Shown here: positions 50,373 through 62,375 of the stretch, one piece after another
Numbering within the stretch: position 1 is the first letter of the stretch
Layout: each line of letters begins with the position of its first letter
DNA from: Octopus vulgaris
Lineage: Eukaryota
Length of the DNA: 64,000 nt
Direction of reading: 5' to 3'
NCBI GenBank assembly: GCA_951406725.2
Contig: OX597835.1
Coordinates: forward strand, 42,346,001-42,410,000
Made by a program: the position numbers and the translations under genes
The notes under the pieces: model-generated
Seen by the model: only the letters and a program-made list of their open reading frames with translations
What the model was told of the DNA's origin: nothing
Database searches by the model: none

Positions 50373-51115
50373 TGTGTGTGTGTGTATCCTTGTCTTGATA
50401 TCTATTTCTTTACTACCCACAAGGGGCTAAACACAGAAAGGACAAACAAGGACAGACAAACAGATTAAGTCGATTATATCGACCCCAGTGCGTAACTGGT
50501 ACTTATTTAATCAACTCCAAAAGGATGAAAGGCAAAGTCAACCTCAGCGGAATTTGAACTCAGAACGTAACGGCAGACGAAATACGGCTACATATTTCAT
50601 CCGGCATGCTAACGTTTCTGCCAGCTCAACGCGTGATGGCTGCAAATGAGCATCATCATCATACAAGTGATCTTGTTCATTTTTGGTCTTGCAATGAAAA
50701 ATATCTGACCGTAAGAAAATATGACCTTGCTTGGAAACAGTTGAAGGTTGGCAACATGAAGGGTATCTAGCCACCGAAAAGCTGCCTCATCAAATTCCCT
50801 CTGGCTTATGCAAGCATGGGAAAGTGGACATTAAATGATAATGCAGATGAAACTCGAATACCATCATGTCTTCAATGCAAAACACACACACACACACACA
50901 AACACTTATAAATCTATATTCTCTGATCTTTAAAATATGCTGGAAACAATGAGTTTGCATACGACAGGGAATCGGATTAAAAAGTGTTCAACTTGACCAA
51001 CTTGGCAATGGTTCCGATCCAACAAAGTTCGGTAAATATTTACACAAGATATGATTACTAAGAAAACAAAGCTCTCACTGATGTTGAATGACCATGTATA
51101 GGGGAGGGGAGAGAC

Positions 51116-51116
<1 letters not shown>

Positions 51117-51197
<81 letters not shown>
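51117..51197. repeat. (GA)n microsatellite
   Basis: About 40 uninterrupted GA units. Confidence 0.98.
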
Positions 51198-51200
<3 letters not shown>

Positions 51201-52167
51201 GCTGGAGATTCTTTAAGTGAAACAAGACAATTAAAATAAACACTATTGAACAACAAAGGTTGGTGGAGAATCTATGATGCAACAATCGTTGATTAAAGTA
51301 GTGTATATATCAGACACAGTGAAGGTACGCTGGCTCAGTGGTTAGAGCACCAGGCTCACAATCATGAGGTTGTAAGCTCAATTCCTGGACTGGGCTGTGT
51401 GTCTTTCCCTCACACACACACATGAAGGGCTCCTGAAAAGTTCCTGGCTTTAATGGTACCACAAAAGGCCTGGTGGGAGGCCCAACCTTCCGAGTTCTTA
51501 TACAGGGCTTAGAAAAACTGACAGTGTGTGATAGAAGACAATCTGCTCAAGGTACCATGCAGTGGGATTGAACCTGAAACTACAGAGTTGATAGAGTAAT
51601 GGACTTGTCAAATAACAGATCCGTATGCTGTTACTGGTGCTCTGTCATTTGGGGCATGTAATTTTCAGTTAAGTGCTCAGTCTACTTAACTGTAAGAAGG
51701 TACAACAGGCTGGTGTAATTCATTGCTGAGAACATCGTTACGATAATCAGTAACACCGTGTAAATTTACAAATAACTAATTAACTTGCTGCATACTGTGT
51801 TTAATTATTCTTTGAGGAAAGTTATCTCTGATAGATCTGTATTCTGGTCAAGGCCAGAAGCCATAGATAATCACCAACTGTCAATAGGTCCTTGTGGTTT
51901 GGAAAAGGATTAGCATAGACTTACAAAGACTTGGTGGAAATGCTCAGATATTTTTAGAATGGGCACACAAAAGAATTAATCTTTATCCAGGAAACCATTC
52001 TCTAACTATTTCAGTCAGAAGTAATCAATAAATCCTCCATAGAGTGGTTTTGTAGCAGGTTACTTGAAAGACTTCCTTATAGAAGTCCTTCTACTCTCAA
52101 CTTTGTCAGAGTGTGTTTCCCTCACACATTACACACACACAGACACATACACACATACATACATATA

Positions 52168-52356
52168 GAAGCAGGTGCTGAAAAGTTCCTGGCTTTAAGG
52201 GTATAACCTTCCGAGTTCTTTTACAGGGCTTAGAAAAACTGAAGGACCGCTGCAATAGGTGTGTGAATCTGAGAGAAGGATACATTGGATAAAATCATTA
52301 TTAACTGATCTTCCCACATTTTCTTTTACCCAAAGAACTTTACAGCACCCGTTCGG
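52168..52356 (+). mobile_element. Mariner-derived MITE
   Basis: TIR ggtgctgaaaagttc / gaactttacagcacc; internal remnant FFTGLRK/EKLKDRCNRCVNLREGYIG resembles a mariner transposase C-terminus; partial copy at 51423-51520. Confidence 0.65.
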
Positions 52357-53019
52357 ATGCATGTGTGTGTGAATATACATACATACATACTCTTTTACTT
52401 GTTTCAGTCATTTGACTGTGGCCATGCTGGGGTCGAGGAAATCGACCCCAGGACTTATTCTTTGTAAGCCTAGTACTTATTCTATCAGTCTCTTTCGCTG
52501 AACTGCTAAGTTACGGGGAAGTAAACACACCTTGCATCGGTTGTCAAGTGATGTTGGGGGGGGGGGGCACAAACACACACACACATACATATATATATAC
52601 ATATATACATGACGGGCTTCTTTCAGTTTCAGTCTACCAAATCCACTCACAAGGCTTTGGTCGGCCCGAGGCTATAGTAGAAGACACTTGCCCAAGGTGC
52701 CACGCAGTGGGACTGAACCCAGAACCATGTGGTTGGTAAGCAAGCTACTTACCACACAGCCACTCCCATGCCTATATATATACACACACACATCTATATA
52801 TGAATAAGAACAGATGAAAATTCATTTATTCAATACAACTGTTGCATACAATTTTCTTTTTTAATTGAAGAATAGAGTTATTACATCATGCTAAAAAAAT
52901 GATTATATACCCCTGTGGGATTCCTGATTAGCTTCAGCTGAATATAGCTCACTTGCAAACAAGTGCTGTTGACAGGGAAGGCATCCAGCTGTAGGAAATT
53001 TGCCTCAACAAATTCTCTC

Positions 53020-54759
53020 CATTCATCTTCTCACATGGCCTAAGTCTCAACATGGAGCCCTCCATCAAGTGCCTGGAGGAGGGAGTGCTGCCCTGGGTGA
53101 AGAGGATGGCTACTGGTAGATCCACAGTCTAGCAGCAGGACCCTGCACCACGCCACACAAGCAGGAGGACCCAGTCATGGCTGTCAGACAATTTCTGAGA
53201 ACACATCACCCCTAACATCTGGCCACCTAACTCCTCAGACTGCAACCCCCTTGTTTATTATGTGTGGGACACAGTTGAGTGAGAGACCAACAAAACTCCT
53301 TGTAACATCAAAGATGAACTGAAGGCAAGGATTATGGCAGCATTCACCAGATTAAACAAGGAGACCTGTCCAGAAGAGTTGCAGGATATTCAGAAGTCAT
53401 CTGGAGGCTGAGGTTGAAGCCAAAGGCGATTTTACTGAATAAATTTACTCTTTAACATTTCAAGATATTTTTATGTAATTTTGGTAAATACAGGGTGCAT
53501 AAGGTATCTGAGGACATACGTTTTTGGGGGTCATTGCTGCATTTTTTGCTAACTCTGTATAATCTTTGATTCAGAAAATAATAATGGCAGACCCTCAGCT
53601 TACTCAAGAAGTGAAGAGGCATGAGGTTATTGGGGTTATAAAGGCTGAGCATAGCGATTTAGAAATATCTCAATTTTTAAAAGTTTCCAGATCTTTTGTC
53701 TACAAAGTTTGTAAGGAGCTAGAGACTGAAGATGGAAACGTAGCACCGATATCAAGGCATAAAAAGCATGCTAAATGCTCTGAAATCACCAGAACATCTG
53801 AATTTATCCAGCAAGTTCAACAGACCATTGATTACAATTCCAGAAAATCCATAAGGTCAATTGCAAAAGATCTCCATGTACAGAAGGAACAGTCAGAAAT
53901 GTTGTCCCCTAAGACATCAGATATAAGTCTTATATGATGAGGAAAGGTCAATTTGTCAGAAAAAGCAAAAGAAAATCACTACATCAGATCTAAAAGGCTC
54001 TTAAATTGAAAAACCCAGCAGAAGATTTGATTTTCCTCAAACAAGAAAAACTTTACCCTTCTGAAGTTCCAAGTGTTATGCATACAAAATTTCCTGCAAC
54101 ATTCATGGTTTTAGGGGGATTGGCAATGAAGGATATGTGATGCCCCCTTACTTCTTTCCACAAGGCCTTACAGTTAACTCTGCTGTCTACATTGGGGCCC
54201 TGGAAATAATTGTTAAACCCTGGATAGACGGTGTATGCAATGGAAGGCCATATGTGTTTCAGTAAGACTCCTCACTATCACACATGGCTCTAATAACACA
54301 GGAATGGATGGCTGAAAATTTTCATGTTCACACAACCCCAAACATTTGGCCTCCTAATTCCCCAGATCTCAATCCATTGGACTATTACATGTGGAGCATT
54401 GTTGAGAGAGCGGTCAATGGACACGTCCATAACACCAAAGATTCTTTGAAAGCTGTTATAGTCAGAGTAATGTCTAAAATGAACCAGGACCACTTGATCC
54501 GAGCATGTAGATGATTTAGATCTCATGGAAGCTGAAGGTGGTTTTATTGAATAACATTATAGAAAAGAAAGTTTGTTTTTATCCTCATTGCATTTTTTGA
54601 TAAATAAAGTTATGTTATTATATATCTGTTTTTTTTTTTCAATATAACCATAAATATGTCCCCAAATATCTTATGCACATTGTATATCTGTTAAAATGAG
54701 ATGTCAGTGTTATTTTCATTTTTGCATAATTTAGACAACAGTTTGTTCACCGCACCCTG
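53020..54759 (+). mobile_element. 5'-truncated maT (DD37D) transposon, host of a nested element
   Basis: QQDPAPRHTSRRTQSWLSDNF*EHITPNIWPPNSSDCNPLVYYVW...; 3' end resumes at 54685 and terminates caccctg-TA at 54759. Confidence 0.8.
53491..54682 (+). mobile_element. Near-complete but defective maT (DD37D) transposon
   Basis: TA-cagggtgcataaggtatctgaggacata ... tatgtccccaaatatcttatgcacattg-TA; HTH ORF 53566-53937; D(37)D spacing DSSLSH...WPPNSPDLNPLDY; stops, frameshifts and a deletion near the first D. Confidence 0.9.
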
Positions 54760-55372
54760 TATGTGTGGATGATGCTGTGTGGTAAGAAGGTTGCTTTCCA
54801 ACCACATGGTTCCGGGTTCAGTCCCACTGCAGGGCACCTTGGGCAAGAGTCTTCTACTATAGCCTCAATTTTGACCAAAGCCTTGTCAGTAGATTTCGTG
54901 AACGGAAAGTGAAAGAAGCCCTTCATGTGTATAGGTGTGTGTGTTTGTCCCCCCACCACTACTTCACAACTTGTGTTAGTGTACTTATGGCCCCATAACT
55001 TAGCAGTTCGGCAAAAGAAACTAATAGAATAAGTATTAACCACGCTTAAAAAAAAAAAAAAAAAAAAAAAATCAAGAACTGGGGTTGATATATTTAAGCT
55101 AAAAATTCTTCAAGGGGGTGCCCCAGCATGGCCACAGTATAAATGACTGAAACAAGTAAAAGATAAGATAATATATATTTGTTGATATTTAGCAGAAGTA
55201 ACGGAATGACTCAAAGTCTGAGAGTTTCGTGTGTTAGCACTTATGAAGCATTTGTCTATCATATATATATATATATATATTCATAAGATACATATATAGG
55301 GTAGCGAATATTCATTATAAATATCACTATCAGTGGTCTAACATGTACAAATAGTCAATAGACAACATATTC

Positions 55373-55743
55373 ATATTTTAAAAAAGTGTACATATAAACA
55401 CAAGAGAAAACTACCTTTTAACAGGTAATTTTTACATGCTAGAAATAGCAGCCAACATGGCCAAAACCGCGATTTAATAGCAATTTTCGAAGGGATTGAA
55501 AAATAAAAACTTTTACCTTGTTATTGGAGAAAAAGGATGACAAATAATATTGTTTGCTAAAGAAATTTCGAAACCAAGATAATAATATAACTGATAATAA
55601 ATAACAAGGTAAAAGTTTTTATTTTTCAATCCCTTCGAAAATTGCCATCAAATCGCGGTTTTGGCCATGTTGGCTGCTATTTCTAGCATGTAAAAATTAC
55701 CTGTTAAAAGGAAGTTTTCTCTTGTGTTTAAATGTACATTTTT

Positions 55744-55750
<7 letters not shown>
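55373..55750. mobile_element. Near-perfect foldback element (~150-bp arms, ~75-bp spacer)
   Basis: 55373-55525 vs 55600-55750 are reverse complements with only a few mismatches. Confidence 0.85.
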
Positions 55751-55810
<60 letters not shown>

Positions 55811-57554
55811 CATAGACTGACAGCTTATCTAAGAGAGAGAGAGAGATTAAAGGAAAGAAAATTCTTAAAGTATATTTGGTGAGCTGTTAAAAACAGATTA
55901 GTGTACAGTAATTTGTATTAGTAAACAGATTGAATCGTGGCATCACTGGAACTAGAATTGGTAGAATTACAGAATGTAGAGATTTGTCAGAATCAGTTCA
56001 GCCTTAAATTGAATATTAACCATCTGTTTTAGCAAATCTGTCTGCTTTGTTGCTTCAATAGATCTTGAAATCAGAAAATAGGAAATGCTCACGTTGCCAT
56101 TGTGATTGGTTTGGTTAAAGACGAACAATAAGTATTTTATAAGAGGTATTTTCTCCATTAACAATGACAAGATAAGATCAAAGGAAATGGTGGACAGAAG
56201 GAGAAGGAAAAAAAGAAAGGAAGAAGAAAAAAAAAGCTTGTATTAATAGAATTCTTTGCAGGTTGAAGGAAGCTGTTGAGAAAACTGGTCATCCATTGTA
56301 AAGGGTAAAATATGATTTGACGCAGGCGCTATATGATCTTTTCAGAATTGGTAGGGGAAAAAAAAGAAAAAGAAAAAATTCCCCTCAAGAAATTGATTCT
56401 GTAATTGGAGTAAATATGTTGCGGCAGTGATTCCAACAACCCACACACGTTCACAGATTTATATTTAGATGTTCAAATGAAGAAAGAAAAATATTCAATA
56501 CACTTGTAGAAGAGTTTATTAGTTCCCGACTGGGGTCCAAATGGCCCTTGGATGGGTCAGTGTAAGATTTTTTTTGTCAAAATTTATCAGCAATAAATTG
56601 GTTAAACTTCTACAAATTTATTTATTTTTTTTATAGAATTCCCAATAATATTTAATTATAAAAATATGGTTCCAGGTTCAGTCCCAATGCATGGCACCTT
56701 GAGGTTGACCAAAGCATTGTGAATGGGTTTGGTAGACAGAAACTGAAAGAATCCCGTTGTGAGTGTATGTATATATATATATACTGGTAAGCTGGGGAGC
56801 TGCACCAGGGTCCAGTCTGATTTGGCATGGTTTCTATGGTTGGATGCCCTTCCTAACACCAACCACTCCAAGAGTGTAGTAGGGGCTTTTTATGTGCCAC
56901 TGGCACAGGTGCTAGTTATGTAGCATCAGTATCGACCACGACCACGATCTCACTTGGCTTGACAGCTCTTCTCAAGTATGGTATATCACCAAAGGTCTTG
57001 GTCATTTGTCACTGCCTCCATGAAGCCCAATGTTTGAAGGCTGCCTTTTTATGTGCCTCTAGCATTGGTGCCAGTTGTGCAACATGGCATTGGCCACCCT
57101 TTAAACAAGTACCTGCCAAATATGTACCCAGTGGAAAGGTACCTATCAACATATATCTGTTGTTATCTAAATGTCAAGAACTTACCTGGCAAATACCAAG
57201 GTTAAATTGATAACACCCTATTTTGCAGCTTTGGAGACACAGTTCTTTACGAAGAAAAAATACTTTGAAAATTACCCTGCATCTTCCTTGATACTGGTTG
57301 AGAATCTCTTGCTGTGGGCTTCTGAAATTAATGGCGTGGTTGGTGGCAGTTGTAGGTGGGTGCCAGTAGCTGGCTGGCAGTCAAGCATTGACAGGTGTGG
57401 TATGATGACCAGGGCATGTCACATGAATAATTGCAGGAATGTTAAAACAAAAAAGCATAACAGTGTACTACAATAATAGTTGGAAGCAAATCAGTCAGTT
57501 GACGGCCATTGTCTGGTGATCTTGTTCCATGATGGACATGAGCATTCTACTAAC

Positions 57555-58116
57555 AAGACCTCTGATACAAATTTAATTTATGTTAATTATATGTGCGAAT
57601 AAATTTGTATGAATGAAGAGTGTTGGTCACAGGAGGAGGAGATCTCATGATACAAGATGTATATATACATGTGTGTATATATGTGTGCACACACATCCAT
57701 CAATATATATATATATATATATATATAGGGAGAGTTTACGAAAAAAAACAAAAGACGAAGACAGGTGGTGTACAAAACAAACAGATGTATTAGTATAACG
57801 CTCAGGAATAGAAAAAGTCTTTTACGTTTCGAGCCTACGCTCTTCTACAGAAAGGGACACAGAAAAGAAACAAGGAGAGAAAAAAATGTGTGTAGTGGCT
57901 AACAATCTATCATGGCAACACACACACACCTATCAATCTATATATATACACACCTATATCTTTTACTCTTCATATAAATACACACACACACACACACGTG
58001 TGTGTGTGTATCTGCATTCTAGACTGTTCAATGGTGCTAACCAGCACAAGCAACTTAAAGAAGATAGAAATCTTACTATAGAACAGACGCACACAGATGT
58101 GTCTGTCTGTGAATTC
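57555..58116 (+). repeat. Local duplication, copy 1 (copy 2 at ~61244-61689)
   Basis: Shared blocks agacctctgatac...gaagagtgttggtcacaggaggaggagatctcatgatacaagatg and tctgca.tctagactgtt.aatggtgctaacca... Confidence 0.9.
57729..57917 (-). mobile_element. Penelope-type terminal repeat with minimal hammerhead-like motif
   Basis: Minus strand 57819-57854: cttt-CTGTAGA-A-GAG-cgtagg-CTC-GAAAC-GTA-aaag; absent from the paralogous copy at 61244-61689. Confidence 0.55.
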
Positions 58117-58293
58117 CTTTTACATGCGCCTACCAGGCGCTGCCCACTGAAATGGATGGGGCTTTGTTAACTACAAAAATGGTTTGCTTTTTTGTCTTAG
58201 AATTACACTTCCAAAACCAAAGCGTGTCTTCCATGGTACTTGTTTCTCTAAATTTTAACCCTTGCGTCAGGAAACAATAATAATTACAACAAT

Positions 58294-59598
58294 AATCCTT
58301 TCTACTATAGGCATAAGGCATGAATTTTTTGTGGGGCAGGGGAGTTGATTATAATGACACAGGTGCTCAATTAGTATTTATTTTATCGACCCCAAAAGAG
58401 CAAAAAGGCAAAGTTGACCTCAGCAGTTTTTGAATTCAGAACAAAAAGACATGAAATGCTGTGGAGAATGTTGTCCGGCATGCTAACAGTTCTGTGAGTT
58501 TGCTGCCTTAAGAAAAGGCTCTGAGCTGGAAGAATCCTTAGAATGTCAGAAGAACGCCACGTATCAGTTCTTTCTGAGTTCAAACTCCACCAAGGTTGAC
58601 TTTGCCTTTCATCCTTCCGGGGTCGATTAAATAAATACCAGTGAAATACTGAGGGTTGATGTAATTGACTTAAGGCCTTCCTCAAAATTGCTGGACATGT
58701 GCAAAAATTTGAAACCATTATTATTATTTAAAGGTGACGAGCTGGCAGAATAGTTAGCATGTTGGGTGAAATACCTGGTGGTATTTCATCTGTCGCTACA
58801 TTCTGAGTTCCTATTCCATCAAGGTTGACTGCCTTTCATCCTTTCAGGGTTGATTAAAAAAAGTACCAGTTGAAAACTGGGGTAATCAACTCATCTCCTC
58901 CCCCAAAATTGCTACTCTTGTGGCAAAATTTCAAACCATTATCATTATTATTAATAAGGTGGCGAACTGGCAGAGACATTAGCGGTATTTCATCTGTCTT
59001 TATGCTCTGAGTTCAAATTCTGCCGAGGTTGACTTATCCTTTCAGGGTCAATAAATTAAGTACCAGTTGTGTATTGGGGTCGATCTAATCGACTGTCCCA
59101 CAAATCCCCCAAAATTTCAGGCCTTGTGCCTAGAGCAGAAAAGATTGTTATTATTGAGGAATTGTTACTGCGTTGAGAAAATGCTTAGCAGTATTTCTTC
59201 CTCTATGTTTTGAGTTCAAATTCTGCTAAGGCTGACTTAGCGTTTCATCCTTTTGAGGCCGATATATACCAGCCAAGCACTGGGGATTGATATAATCAAC
59301 TTTCCTCCTCTCCTGCAAATTCCAGGCCTTGTGCCTACAGCAGAAAGGATAAGGATTATTATTATTATTATTATTATTATTCAGAGGGTGAACTGGCAGA
59401 ACCATTAGCACACCATAAGACGTAGTAGCATTTCACCAGTCTTTACATTCTGAGAACGAATTCTGCTGAGGTCGACCTTGCCTTTCATCCTTTTAGGGTT
59501 GATAAAATGAGTACCAGTCAAGCACAGGGGTTGATGTAATCGACTGGGCCTCCTTTCCACAAAATTCAGGCCTTGTGCCTACAGCTGGAAGGATTATT
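58294..59598. mobile_element. Array of SINE family A copies separated by (ATT)n
   Basis: One minus copy (58294-58510) followed by about five plus copies, each ending near gattattatt or ccattatt. Confidence 0.85.
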
Positions 59599-59629
59599 GT
59601 TTAATTGATAAATGGCTGTCCGTGTATTA

Positions 59630-59936
59630 TTTGTGTGTGTGTCTGTGTGTATATATTTATACATACACACACACATATACATACACATATACACAAACAT
59701 ATATACACACACATCTATATACACACACACACACATCTATACACACACACACATCTATACATACACACATACACACACCTATACATACAGCTACACATAC
59801 ACACATTTATACAGACACATACATACACACATTTATACATACCCACATACACATACATATATACATGCAGATGTATATATATACACATACATATCCACAC
59901 AAACATATATACATACACATATATACATTCATGCAC

Positions 59937-59969
<33 letters not shown>

Positions 59970-60090
59970 TATATATACACATATATAGATACATACACAC
60001 ATAAATATGCATACACACATACAAATACACACATATACATACATATACACACATACATACACACATATAAATACACACATATACATACAT
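59630..60090. repeat. (CA)/(TA) compound microsatellite
   Basis: Direct inspection. Confidence 0.95.
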
Positions 60091-60599
60091 CTTCCATTAG
60101 TTTCAGTTTGGACTGTGGCCATGCTGGAACACTGACTTTGTATAATACAAATGTATGTGTAATACACACACACACCCACCCACACATGCTATACGTAGTA
60201 TTAGTCCTACTACTATTTCTGCACTACTACTACAACAACTACTACTATCATCCTACTGCTACCGCTACCATCACCACTTGTACTATTACTCCTACTACTG
60301 TTACAAAAAAAAGATAAGAGAGAAAAATACAGAATCGTTTAGCAACACCCCCCTCACCCTCATCCCCCACAATGACGATAGTGGTGGGAGCGGGAGAGGG
60401 TGGGGGACAAGATTCTAGTCTTCCCCACCCCACCCCACCGCCATCACCGTACAACTGCTGCTGCATTTCTATCAATGGGAGAGGGGAGGGGCACCAGCAA
60501 CGACATATATTATCTCAAACACAGTTTCTACTGCAAGCAAGCTGTCTATCCGACATGGTTGTGGTGGGCGTGGGTGGAGGGCAGGGATGGCAGCAGTAG

Positions 60600-61142
60600 A
60601 AAATGGTGGTGGCAATGATAGTGGTGGTGGTGGTGACGACGATGGTGATGGCGATGGTGGTGTGGTATTGGTGATGATGATGGTGGTGGCGATGATGGTG
60701 ATGATGATGGTGATGATGGTGGTTATGATGATGGTGATGATGATGGTGGTGATGATGGTGGTGGTGATGATGATGGGGATGATGATGGTGATGATGATGG
60801 TGGTGGCGATGATGATGATGGTGGTGGTGACGGTGACGATGGTGATGGTAGTGGCAATGATAGTGATGATGGTGATGTGGTGATGGTGGTGATGATGGTG
60901 GTGGTGGTGGTGACGATGGTGATGGTTATAGTAGTGAGGTTGGCAGTCTGTTGGCAAGTGATGATGGTAGTGATGGAGGTGATGAAGCACTGGTGGTGGC
61001 AGTGGTAGTGTTGGTAGAATTTAGCAATGGTGATGGCGATGGTTGGTGTTGTTGATGGTGATGGTCACAATGGAGGTGCTGGCTAATGGTGTGGATTGCA
61101 ACGACGACAGTAGTAGTGGTAGGTTGGTGGTGCTGGTAGTAG

Positions 61143-61173
<31 letters not shown>

Positions 61174-61225
61174 GAAGGTGGTCAAATCTGTAGGGGGGGG
61201 GGGGGTAGTCGTGATGGTGGTGGGG
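60600..61225. repeat. (GAT/GGT)n trinucleotide low-complexity tract
   Basis: Direct inspection; produces poly-M/V and poly-H/I/T ORF artefacts. Confidence 0.95.
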
Positions 61226-61543
61226 AGAGATGGTGTTATTGGCAGACCTCTGATACTAATTTATGCTAATTATATGTGTGAGTAAATTTGTATGAATGAA
61301 GAGTGTTGGTCACAGGAGGAGGAGATCTCATGATACAAGATGTGTATATATATATGTGTGAGTGTGTGTATGTGTGTGCACACACACCCATCAATACATA
61401 CAATTATCAATATATATACACACACACACACACCTATAACTATATACACACGCACACACATGTATACAAACACCTATATTTTTCCCTCTCCACATAAATA
61501 CACACACACACCAACAGGCATAGACACACAGTGTTTGTGTGTA

Positions 61544-61594
<51 letters not shown>

Positions 61595-61769
61595 GCAATC
61601 TAGACTGTTGAATGGTGCTAACCAACACAGGCAACTTAAAGGAGATAGAAATCTTACGATAGAACAAACGTGTGTGTGTGTGTGAATTCATTCATCATCT
61701 GGTCAAACTTGCTGGGATTAAGACAGATATAGATATGTGTATTTCTATATAAGACATAAATACATGCAC

Positions 61770-61887
61770 ATATATAATATATATATATATATATACATAC
61801 AGGATATATATATATATATATATATAATTATATATACATACAGGATATATATATATATATATATATACATAATTATATATACATACA

Positions 61888-61958
<71 letters not shown>

Positions 61959-62156
61959 CATACAGGATATATATATATACACATATATATATACATACAT
62001 ATATGATATATACATATATATATACATACATATATGATATATACATATATATATACATACATATATATATATATATATATACATATATATATACATACAT
62101 ACAGGATATATATATATACATATATATATATATAACATATATATATATATATACAC

Positions 62157-62189
<33 letters not shown>

Positions 62190-62375
62190 CATACATACAG
62201 GATATATATATATATAAATGGATATATATATGTATAAATACATAAAGTAATAGATACATGCGTATTATTATCTATGTGTGTGTGTGTGTATACACACCTA
62301 CATACTTATATATATACTTATATATATATACTTATATATATACTTATATATATACTTATATATATACTTATATAT
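61770..62375. repeat. (TA)n tract with recurring catacaggata and tatactta higher-order units
   Basis: Direct inspection. Confidence 0.93.
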
